Assembly (NCBI GenBank): GCA_012839185.1
Contig: DUNU01000022.1
Coordinates: 25,604-89,603 of the forward strand
Reading direction: 5' to 3'
Length of the DNA: 64,000 bases
Source of the DNA: Clostridiales bacterium
GTDB lineage: Bacteria > Bacillota > Clostridia > Oscillospirales > Acutalibacteraceae
Below, one piece after another: positions 26,294 through 37,925 of the stretch. The notes beneath the pieces were generated by a model. The model had not been told where the DNA came from and did not search any database. It was given only the letters and a program-made list of their open reading frames with translations. The translations under genes and the position numbers were made by a program. Numbering within the stretch: the first letter of the stretch is position 1; each line of letters starts with the position of its first letter.

Positions 26294-27166
26294 ATGAATA
26301 TTAAGTATTCCGTAAGTTCTTATTCATTTTCTCGTCTGGTAAATGAAGGAAAATATAAAGAAATCGAACTTCCCGCCCTTGCAAAAGAGATGGGTTTTGA
26401 CGGAATTGAATTTGCCGAGATACACAATGGTGATATTGATAAGAAAGAATATGCCAAGATGCTTCGTGATGAGTGTGAGCGTGTCGGTATAGAAGTTGCA
26501 AATTATGCAATCGGTGCTGATTTTATTTACGGTTCGGACGGGGATATTGAAAAGGAAATCGAGCGACTTAAGGGAGAGGTTGACATTGCCGAAATTTTAG
26601 GTTGCAAGACAATGCGTCATGATGCAACCCGTGGTTTTGACAAGAATATTCATCCGCAAAAGGGCTTTCCCGACGCATTGCCGATTGTAATAAAAGGTTG
26701 TCGTGCGGTTACCGAATATGCAAAAACGAAGGGTATTCGTACAATGGTTGAAAATCACGGATATTTTATTCAGGACAGCCTTCGTTTGGAAGATATTGTT
26801 TGCGGCGTTGATAATGAAAACTTCGGTCTTTTGCTTGATATGGGCAACTTCCTTTGTGCCGATGAAGATCCCGAAAAAGCATTCGGCAGATTAGTGAGTT
26901 TTGCATATATGATTCACTCAAAGGATTTTCATGTAAAATCGGGGAACAATATTGCTCCTAAAAACGGCTTTTTCACAACTCGTGGCGGAAATTTCCTTCG
27001 CGGTGCAATTATCGGACATGGCGATGTTCCCGTATTGCAATGCCTGAATATCCTTAAAAATGCAAATTACAGCGGTTATATTACGGTGGAATTTGAAGGA
27101 ATGGAAGATCCTATCTTAGGTGTAAAATACGGCTTTGAGAATTTGAAATACTATGCTCAACTATAA
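26294..27166 (+). CDS. Sugar phosphate isomerase/epimerase (xylose-isomerase-like TIM barrel)
   Basis: Motifs GFDGIEF, VENHG, LLLDMGNF and ITVEFEG, typical of the AP_endonuc_2 family. Confidence 0.75.
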   Translation: MNIKYSVSSYSFSRLVNEGKYKEIELPALAKEMGFDGIEFAEIHNGDIDKKEYAKMLRDECERVGIEVANYAIGADFIYGSDGDIEKEIERLKGEVDIAEILGCKTMRHDATRGFDKNIHPQKGFPDALPIVIKGCRAVTEYAKTKGIRTMVENHGYFIQDSLRLEDIVCGVDNENFGLLLDMGNFLCADEDPEKAFGRLVSFAYMIHSKDFHVKSGNNIAPKNGFFTTRGGNFLRGAIIGHGDVPVLQCLNILKNANYSGYITVEFEGMEDPILGVKYGFENLKYYAQL

Positions 27167-27737
27167 TTTAGTGGAATTTGAAACTGCATTCGGCACGGTT
27201 AGTCAGTTGGATGCGGGAGATATACCCGAAATAGTCTTTGCGGGTAAGTCCAATGTCGGCAAATCTTCGCTCTTAAACCGACTTTTTAGCAGAAAGAATT
27301 TTGCACGGGTAAGTTCAACTCCCGGAAAGACCATTACGATAAATTTTTTCAGAATTGAAGATGTCCGTTTTGTCGACCTTCCGGGCTATGGTTTTGCTAA
27401 ACGACCGCGTGGCGAAATGCGTCGCTGGGCGGATTTGATGGAGTATTATTTTGCAAGTGAACGAAATATAAAACTCGTTGTTCAACTTCTTGATATGCGT
27501 CATAAGCCTACCGCTGATGATATTGATATGCTAAATTATCTTATTGCACATGATTTTCCGTTCTTGGTTGTGCTTACAAAATCGGATAAACTTAAACCCA
27601 CAGAACGCAAAAAACGTGAAGAAGAAATTAAAATTGAACTTGAAAATCTGGGCGACACGGTCATTATTCCCTTTTCTTCGGAAAACGGAGAGGGCTGTGA
27701 ACGCTTAAAAGAAGAGATAGAAAAGGTTTTACAATGA
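27153..27737 (+). CDS. engB: Ribosome-biogenesis GTPase YsxC/EngB
   Basis: G1 motif GKSNVGKSSLLN, G3 DLPGYG and G4 TKSDK. Confidence 0.92.
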   Translation: MLNYNLVEFETAFGTVSQLDAGDIPEIVFAGKSNVGKSSLLNRLFSRKNFARVSSTPGKTITINFFRIEDVRFVDLPGYGFAKRPRGEMRRWADLMEYYFASERNIKLVVQLLDMRHKPTADDIDMLNYLIAHDFPFLVVLTKSDKLKPTERKKREEEIKIELENLGDTVIIPFSSENGEGCERLKEEIEKVLQ

Positions 27738-28417
27738 GCGATTTTTTGGACCGCACTCGTTCTCTTATCGGCAGTGATAATGTCGATAAACTTAAAAGAT
27801 CGCACGTCGCCGTTTTTGGATTGGGCGGCGTCGGTTCTTTTGTAGTGGAGGCTCTTGTGAGAAGCGGTATCGGAGAAATTACGCTTGTTGACAGCGATGA
27901 TGTCGATATTACCAATATTAACCGTCAGATTATCGCAACCGTGCATTCCGTCGGGAAAGCCAAGACGGAGGTTTCAAAAGAACGTGTGCTGTCGATAAAT
28001 CCCGAATGCCTTGTTCATACGATAAAAGGAATGTATCTTCCCGAAACTCGCAACGAATTTTGGGGGAACTACGATTATGTCGTTGATGCGATTGACAATG
28101 TAACCGCAAAAATTGATTTGGTTGCAGAGGCGAAAAAGAGAAATATTCCGATTATCTCATCAATGGGTACGGGGAATAAATTAAGACCGGATATGTTCGA
28201 GATTGCAGATATTAATGAAACAAGTGTTTGTCCGCTTTGTCGGATTATAAGAAAAGAACTTCGTGCTCGTCAGATAGATAAACTTAAAGTTGTCTATTCA
28301 AAGGAAGAACCGATTAAAACCGGAATGCGTAAACCTGCAAGTATTGCTTTTGTGCCGTCCTCCGCGGGACTTCTTATCGCTTCCGAAGTAATTAAAGACC
28401 TTATTGATATTTCATGA
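27734..28417 (+). CDS. tcdA: tRNA threonylcarbamoyladenosine dehydratase (ThiF/MoeB-family E1-like)
   Basis: Motifs VAVFGLGGVGS, LVDSDDVDITNINRQ and DAIDNV. Confidence 0.8.
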   Translation: MSDFLDRTRSLIGSDNVDKLKRSHVAVFGLGGVGSFVVEALVRSGIGEITLVDSDDVDITNINRQIIATVHSVGKAKTEVSKERVLSINPECLVHTIKGMYLPETRNEFWGNYDYVVDAIDNVTAKIDLVAEAKKRNIPIISSMGTGNKLRPDMFEIADINETSVCPLCRIIRKELRARQIDKLKVVYSKEEPIKTGMRKPASIAFVPSSAGLLIASEVIKDLIDIS

Positions 28418-28454
28418 AACATTACACTACAAAACAAATACTTAAAATTTTGCA

Positions 28455-32467
<4,013 letters not shown>

Positions 32468-32469
32468 AT

Positions 32470-33432
32470 ATGAAAAGTTTTACGATAAATAAGAACGATT
32501 CGGGACAGCGGCTTGATAAGTTTGTCGCTAAAACCGCCCCTTTGCTTCCGCAATCGCTTCTTTATAAGTATATCCGACTGAAAAGAATTAAAATTAACAA
32601 CAAACGAGCCGAGATTTCAACGAAACTTTCGGTTGGTGACGTTGTCGATATGTATATCGGCGATGAATTTTTTGCTCAGGTTGAGAGGAAATACGATTTT
32701 ATGTCGGCGTCCAAGCAGCTTGATATTGTCTATGAAGACGAAAATATCATGCTTCTTGATAAAAAAGTCGGACTTCTGTCCCATCCCGATAATGAGGAAT
32801 ATTCCGACACACTTATCACCCGCGTGAAACGATATTTGTATGAAAAAGGGGAATATAACCCTGATGATGAGGCAAGTTTTTCTCCCGCTCTTGCAAATCG
32901 CATTGACCGAAATACCGGTGGAATTGTTATTGCTGCAAAGAATGCTGAGGCATTGCGTGATTTGAATAACGCAATTAAAAATCGGGAGATTACAAAACTT
33001 TATATATGTGTATGTATCGGCAAGCTGAAAAAGTCAGAAGATACGCTTGAGGGTTATCTTTTTAAAGACGAGAAAAAGAATCAGGTCTTTGTTTCAAAAG
33101 AGGAAAAACCGAACTCAAAATACATCGAAACTCACTATCGTGTGATTGATTACAAGAACGGCTTATCACTGTGTGAGGTTAATTTGTTGACCGGTCGTTC
33201 ACACCAGATTCGTGCTCATTTTGCATCAATCGGACATCCGCTTTTAGGTGATGCCAAATATGGAATAAATGCTCAAAACAATGCTAATAAGAACTACAAG
33301 AAACAATTTTTATACTCCTATAAACTTATTTTTTCCGGTGAAAATTTGGGTAGTCTTGGCTATCTTAAAGGTAACATGTACCAAATTAACAATATTTGGT
33401 TTGTTGAGGAGTTCAAAAACAACAAATTGTAA
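32470..33432 (+). CDS. RluA-family 23S rRNA/tRNA pseudouridine synthase
   Basis: N-terminal S4 domain (QRLDKFV), catalytic motif ANRIDRNTGG and GRSHQIRAH. Confidence 0.88.
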   Translation: MKSFTINKNDSGQRLDKFVAKTAPLLPQSLLYKYIRLKRIKINNKRAEISTKLSVGDVVDMYIGDEFFAQVERKYDFMSASKQLDIVYEDENIMLLDKKVGLLSHPDNEEYSDTLITRVKRYLYEKGEYNPDDEASFSPALANRIDRNTGGIVIAAKNAEALRDLNNAIKNREITKLYICVCIGKLKKSEDTLEGYLFKDEKKNQVFVSKEEKPNSKYIETHYRVIDYKNGLSLCEVNLLTGRSHQIRAHFASIGHPLLGDAKYGINAQNNANKNYKKQFLYSYKLIFSGENLGSLGYLKGNMYQINNIWFVEEFKNNKL

Positions 33433-33470
33433 TAATTTGTAACATTTATCTTAAATTTCTTAAATAAGAC

Positions 33471-33499
33471 TTGACATTAAGCTAAAAAAAAGGTATAAT
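33471..33499 (+). promoter_or_regulatory. Consensus sigma-A promoter
   Basis: TTGACA-17 nt-TATAAT, a perfect consensus. Confidence 0.7.
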
Positions 33500-33562
33500 A
33501 CACTTGTCATGTATGGAGATTTATCTCAATATGTCGAAAAAATGAAAAGAGGGTTTATTGAT

Positions 33563-34249
33563 ATGAAAATCACTAAAACTATTCTCGCTTTTGTAGTAGC
33601 ACTTTCTCTTGCTCTTACCATGAGCATTTCTGCTTTTGCAACTTCTTCCGCAAGCATTTCAGCTCCCGCAAAGGTAACTGAAGGCGAAACATTCACAGTT
33701 AAAGTTGCTGTTTCCAATGCAGCTTCCGGTGACCTTCCTCTTACATACTCCACCGAGTATCTTGAGGTTGTTGATACTGAAAGCCTTCTTGGCGGCGAAG
33801 TCGGTTCCATTGCTGAATCTGCAGGTGGCAAAGTTTATGCAGGTTTTGCTGTCGCTGACAATGTCACTGCTGATGTTTACAGCGTAACATTCAAGGCTCT
33901 CAGTGCTGTTGATGGTGTTGAAGGTGAAGCTAAACTTTCTGTTGACGGTTATGTAATTGATGCTGACGACAATCAGACTGATGTTAAGTCAGAATTTGTT
34001 GTTGATATCGTAGAGGCTGAAGAAGACACAACCAAGGCTGATGAAGACACAACCAAGGCTGATGAAGACACAACCAAGGCTGATGAAGACACAACCAAGG
34101 CTGATGAAGACACAACAAAGAAGCCCGATGACGGAACAAAGGCAACTGATAAAACTCCCAAAACCAGTACAGATGTTTCTCTTTCAACCGTAGCAGGTCT
34201 TTCTGTTCTTGCAGCAGCAGCATTTGTTCTCACAAAGAAGAGAAAGTAA
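33563..34249 (+). CDS. Cell-surface protein: signal peptide, cohesin-like domain, EDTTKAD repeats, C-terminal hydrophobic anchor
   Basis: Signal ILAFVVALSLALTMSISAFA. The roughly 125-aa beta-rich domain (KVTEGETFTVKVAVSNAASGDL..YSTEYLEVVD) resembles cohesin modules. The tail is VAGLSVLAAAAFVLTKKRK. ATG at 33563 has SD AGAGGG. Confidence 0.6.
   Translation: MKITKTILAFVVALSLALTMSISAFATSSASISAPAKVTEGETFTVKVAVSNAASGDLPLTYSTEYLEVVDTESLLGGEVGSIAESAGGKVYAGFAVADNVTADVYSVTFKALSAVDGVEGEAKLSVDGYVIDADDNQTDVKSEFVVDIVEAEEDTTKADEDTTKADEDTTKADEDTTKADEDTTKKPDDGTKATDKTPKTSTDVSLSTVAGLSVLAAAAFVLTKKRK
34022..34126 (+). repeat. Coding tandem repeat, 21 bp x 4 perfect copies plus 1 degenerate copy
   Basis: gaagacacaaccaaggctgat (EDTTKAD) repeats head to tail. 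The fifth copy has diverged (gaagacacaacaaagaagccc). Confidence 0.95.
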
Positions 34250-34271
34250 TTAGTTTTATTAAACAATAAAA

Positions 34272-34296
34272 GGCGAGATTAAACTCTCGTCTTTTT
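34272..34296. terminator. Bidirectional rho-independent terminator between convergent genes
   Basis: GGCGAGA-ttaaac-TCTCGTC followed by T5. An A-run precedes it, which gives a T-run on the minus strand. Confidence 0.7.
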
Positions 34297-34393
34297 GTTA
34301 TTTGCTTGAAAATGATATTGGAAAAACTATTATTTTGACGTGATATTTCTGCAGCTCCTGATGTTTTCATTCCTTTCGTTTTACGAAACCGTA

Positions 34394-34978
34394 TTATTTA
34401 ATATCGGTTATCTTTTCCCCGTTAACATAAAGTCCGTCAAATTTAAAGTGATTCAGAAAACCTTTAATTACAACCGTAACATATGCAGGTGAACCGTCAA
34501 ACTCAAGTTTTGTGTCATTATCTAAATCGTAAATCCCGATTGTAAATCCGTCTTCATAAGAGAAATCAATATATTTTTTTGTAACATTTTTATTATCATC
34601 GGGAAACTCATTATAAAACTTTTTTGCGTCATTTATCGGGAGCTTCAGGCTAATTGTACCAACGTAATCACCAACGTCCATCCAACCGTCATAATCCCCG
34701 CAAATATCGATATTCAAATAATCGTACTTATTATTCATTTTAATATCCGAAGACAAAGTATAAAATTGAGCTTCCATAGATATAATATCTTCATTATATG
34801 CAGTCCAATTGTAAGCTATTTTATTGACTTTATATTCATATTTTATACCGAAATTTTCACAGCAGAAGTCTATAAGAGTGGGGTTTGCTATGATGATACC
34901 CGCAATAATAAGTTGGATAACAAGGGCCAAAATTATTTTTTTAAGCAATAATATCGCCTTCTTTCTCCGAAAGGTCAT
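34394..34978 (-). CDS. Membrane-anchored paralog P1 of an unassigned family
   Basis: Shares the N-terminal TM (LKKIILALVIQLIIAGIIIA) and the C-terminal block LEFDGSPAYVTVVIKGFL..FDGLYVNGEKI with P2 and P3. The start homologous to P2/P3 is a TTG at 34948; an upstream in-frame ATG lies at 34978. Confidence 0.7.
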   Translation of the reverse strand: MTFRRKKAILLLKKIILALVIQLIIAGIIIANPTLIDFCCENFGIKYEYKVNKIAYNWTAYNEDIISMEAQFYTLSSDIKMNNKYDYLNIDICGDYDGWMDVGDYVGTISLKLPINDAKKFYNEFPDDNKNVTKKYIDFSYEDGFTIGIYDLDNDTKLEFDGSPAYVTVVIKGFLNHFKFDGLYVNGEKITDIK

Positions 34979-35025
34979 TGTTAATCTTTTTATAACGTGT
35001 TTGCCTATTGAATATTGTTAATATA

Positions 35026-35583
35026 TTATTTGTGTTTGATCTGGGTGATTTTTTCTCCGTCAACATAAAGTCCGTCAAATTTAAGGTGATCCAGAAAACC
35101 TTGAATTACAACCGTCACATATGCAGGTGAGCCGTCAAACTCAAGAATGGAATCGGAATTTGAATCGTCAATAGAAATTGTAAAACGGTTAGTATAATAA
35201 GAGTAATTTATATGCTCTTTTCTGATATTCGGGTTGTTGTCGGGAAACTGCTCGTAGAACTTCTCCGCATCATCAATCGGTATAGTAAGGTAAAGTTCGC
35301 CGAGATTATCGTTAATGCTTATATAGTCATCATAGTTATTGTTGATACTGGCACCGGATTCGTACCACCGTGTAAGTATTATTAAATCTGAAGCATCGAA
35401 TTCAACATTAAGTTTTATTATACTATTGTTATATAATTTCCAACTGTAAACAATGTTTTTTACTTTACATTCATATATAGTACCACAATTCTCATGGTAA
35501 TAATCACCAAGTGTGGGACTTGCGATGATAATTCCGGCAATAACGAGTTGGATTACAAGAGCGACAATTATTTTTTTAAGCAT
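35026..35583 (-). CDS. Membrane-anchored paralog P2 of an unassigned family
   Basis: ATG at 35583 is preceded by SD GAAGGTG. N-terminus MLKKIIVALVIQLVIAGIIIASPT, C-terminal block LEFDGSPAYVTVVIQGFLDHLKFDGLYVDGEKITQIK. Confidence 0.75.
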   Translation of the reverse strand: MLKKIIVALVIQLVIAGIIIASPTLGDYYHENCGTIYECKVKNIVYSWKLYNNSIIKLNVEFDASDLIILTRWYESGASINNNYDDYISINDNLGELYLTIPIDDAEKFYEQFPDNNPNIRKEHINYSYYTNRFTISIDDSNSDSILEFDGSPAYVTVVIQGFLDHLKFDGLYVDGEKITQIKHK

Positions 35584-35673
35584 TGTATTCACCTTCTTTT
35601 TACTCTGTTCCCATAGGTGATTTCATTTTAATGAGTTTGTTTGTTGAGCTTTCTTTAAGCTGTTATTCAGTTT

Positions 35674-36237
35674 TTATGGGTTTTTTGGTTTGATCTGCGT
35701 TATTTTTTCTCCGTCAACATAAAGTCCGTTAAATTCAATGCGATCCAAGAATACTCCGATAACAACCGTAACGTCTGCGGGCGAGCCGTCAAACTCAAGT
35801 TTTGAATCATGATTTGCATCATCGATAAATATTCTAAATCCGTATTTCTCGTCGTAGTAGTATTCTATATCCTCTTTTTCAATATTTGAATTGTCGTCGG
35901 GGAATTGAGAATAAAACTTCTCCGCGTCATCAATCGGGAGATTAAGGCTAAGAGTGCCGCTATTGTCATATAGGCTTATATAACCCTCATATTTATTGTA
36001 GAAAGCGGAACGTCGATAGTCATACCGTGTGATTTCTACATCTGAGAAGTCAAATTCGGCACTAAGCTGTATAATGTCTTTGTTATACTCATCCCAAAAA
36101 TATGATATGTTCGTAACTTTGCACTCATATTCAGTGCCGAAATTCTCTAATACGTAATCTGTAATTGTGGGGCTGGCGATGATAATTCCGGCAATAATGA
36201 GTTGGATTACAAGAGCAACCGCTATTTTTTTAAGCAT
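35674..36237 (-). CDS. Membrane-anchored paralog P3 of an unassigned family
   Basis: The ATG at 36237 (SD GGAAGGTG) overlaps the stop of the upstream HTH-membrane gene by 8 nt (AATGCTTAA). Same N- and C-terminal blocks as P2. Confidence 0.75.
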   Translation of the reverse strand: MLKKIAVALVIQLIIAGIIIASPTITDYVLENFGTEYECKVTNISYFWDEYNKDIIQLSAEFDFSDVEITRYDYRRSAFYNKYEGYISLYDNSGTLSLNLPIDDAEKFYSQFPDDNSNIEKEDIEYYYDEKYGFRIFIDDANHDSKLEFDGSPADVTVVIGVFLDRIEFNGLYVDGEKITQIKPKNP

Positions 36238-37708
36238 TGTTATCACCTTCCCTGTCGGAAAGTTCTTCGGGAATTTCTTTATCGGCTGTTTTTTTATTGA
36301 ATTTTATGAACATAATTCGATTTGCAAGCAGGAGTGTAATTCCGACAACGATCATGATAACTCCCTGTGTGACAAATTCCAAATCAGTTCCGACTACAAG
36401 GACAATTACAAGAACTGCAATCATAATGAGACCGAAATTTATCGTACTCATTTTTGTTTTTAACGCACCTTCAACAATGAACGTAATTGCGGAAATTCCG
36501 CATAATGCAAATATAAGTACTTGATTGTCTTCAATATTGGATGGAAAGAAGGTAATAAAGGTGTTCAGCAGAATGGTTGTAGCAATCAATATCCAGGATA
36601 CGCCGAATTTCTTAAGGTTTTTACGAGCCTTAATTACTCCGCCCAAGATAAGAAGCAATGAAATTAGGGTTATAAAGACGGAGCCATAAACAGCAGTTTC
36701 TGTGTTGCCGGGATAGAAATAGGGATTTCCATCAATTAAAGCGAAAACAGTCGTTATTGTTATTGATGCAGCCAAGCCGAGTCGGGAGAAAAAAGCACAA
36801 TCAACTTCTTTTCTTTCGTCTTTATCAATAAGCATCAATGCCGCGAAAATTGAGCCGGTTATAATAAAAATTGCAAATCCATCTAAGCAATAGTTAAGTT
36901 CTGTACTGATAAAATAAATGACGGCGGTGAAATTCAAAAATATTGTCGCAAATGTAATAGCATAGAAGTGCTTTTTTGCACCGAATTGTCCGCATTTTTT
37001 TGCCAATAATACACCGACAAATATTAAAATACCGAAGAGCACCGAGTATATTATTCCGCCTTGCAATGAGGAATAGGAGAGGAGAGACAGGAATGAATAG
37101 GATAAGCCGCAGAAATAGAATGTCATCGGCAAAATTCCGTGTGTAATCAGGATTACGGGAATTACGGCAATCGTGTCGAGAACCAATGCTCCCTCAAAGC
37201 CTAATTGTGCGTAATATATTGAATTGAGAAAAGCATTGGTGACGATGATGCCGATACTCCAGACAACAGCACCGATTTCATTCCAGACAGCACCGGTTTT
37301 CTTTTTAGATACGAAAATTTCAAAGCCGACACCGACCAAAAGAGGAATGAAGGCAAGTACGGTTTTGATAAGTCCGTTTATTGTGTCCCAAAGCGAGTAG
37401 AATAATAGTGCGATACCGCCGGCAATTAATAGTGTTCCCAATATGCTGAATATTGTAATAAAAAGTTTTTTATTATCTTTTTTCGGCGGCTCTAATCCGA
37501 TTTTGTTGTTTTTGCCGTAAATTAGCTCTTCAATGCTGATTTCAAAGATTTCTGCTATTTTTTCAAGCATCTGATAGTCGGGTTGAGTTCGTGAAGTTTC
37601 CCAACTTGAAATGGTTTGTCTGGTAACCTGAAGATTTTGAGCCAATATATCTTGAGTGATACCTTTTTCTGTTCTGAATTTTTTAATGTTTGAGGATATT
37701 TTTATCAT
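36230..37708 (-). CDS. XRE-type HTH domain fused to a polytopic (roughly 10-12 TM) membrane domain
   Basis: N-terminus IKKFRTEKGITQDILAQNLQVTRQTISSWETSRTQPDYQMLEKIAEIF matches HTH_3. The remaining roughly 410 aa are almost entirely hydrophobic helices. SD GGAGGAGG. Confidence 0.8.
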   Translation of the reverse strand: MIKISSNIKKFRTEKGITQDILAQNLQVTRQTISSWETSRTQPDYQMLEKIAEIFEISIEELIYGKNNKIGLEPPKKDNKKLFITIFSILGTLLIAGGIALLFYSLWDTINGLIKTVLAFIPLLVGVGFEIFVSKKKTGAVWNEIGAVVWSIGIIVTNAFLNSIYYAQLGFEGALVLDTIAVIPVILITHGILPMTFYFCGLSYSFLSLLSYSSLQGGIIYSVLFGILIFVGVLLAKKCGQFGAKKHFYAITFATIFLNFTAVIYFISTELNYCLDGFAIFIITGSIFAALMLIDKDERKEVDCAFFSRLGLAASITITTVFALIDGNPYFYPGNTETAVYGSVFITLISLLLILGGVIKARKNLKKFGVSWILIATTILLNTFITFFPSNIEDNQVLIFALCGISAITFIVEGALKTKMSTINFGLIMIAVLVIVLVVGTDLEFVTQGVIMIVVGITLLLANRIMFIKFNKKTADKEIPEELSDREGDNNA

Positions 37709-37864
37709 AAAACCTCCTCCTTTCGACCAAAGTATATCACTTTTTATATAAAATGTCCAGCAATATTTTGTTGCAATGGGTATTTTTATATAATAATATG
37801 GTGTTTTGCAAAATTTATGCTATATTAAGTGTTTGGAAGTATGATAAATTTTCTAATTGTTTGC

Positions 37865-37893
37865 TTGACAAATTGTTTTCAATATAGTATTAT
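37865..37893 (+). promoter_or_regulatory. Sigma-A-type promoter
   Basis: TTGACA-17 nt-TATTAT. Confidence 0.6.
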
Positions 37894-37925
37894 TATAAGG
37901 TATGCTTACATTATGGAGGAATGTC

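Noticed and set aside
34022-34126. Possible CRISPR array
   Set aside because: The repeats are contiguous with no spacers, in-frame inside a CDS and only 21 bp long. No cas genes and no repeat-spacer architecture occur anywhere in the window.
33973-34266. Minus-strand ORFs with ALVVSSS and LCLHQPW repeats
   Set aside because: They are mirror images of the 21-bp coding tandem repeat of the surface protein on the + strand.
34394-36237. Assignment of the three paralogs to the GDYXXLXY or YxeA/DUF1093 families
   Set aside because: GDY-like strings occur only in P1 (GDYDGW, GDYVGT) and are not conserved in P2 or P3. The proteins are about 60 aa longer than YxeA-type proteins and lack their pattern. 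The calls would be guesswork.
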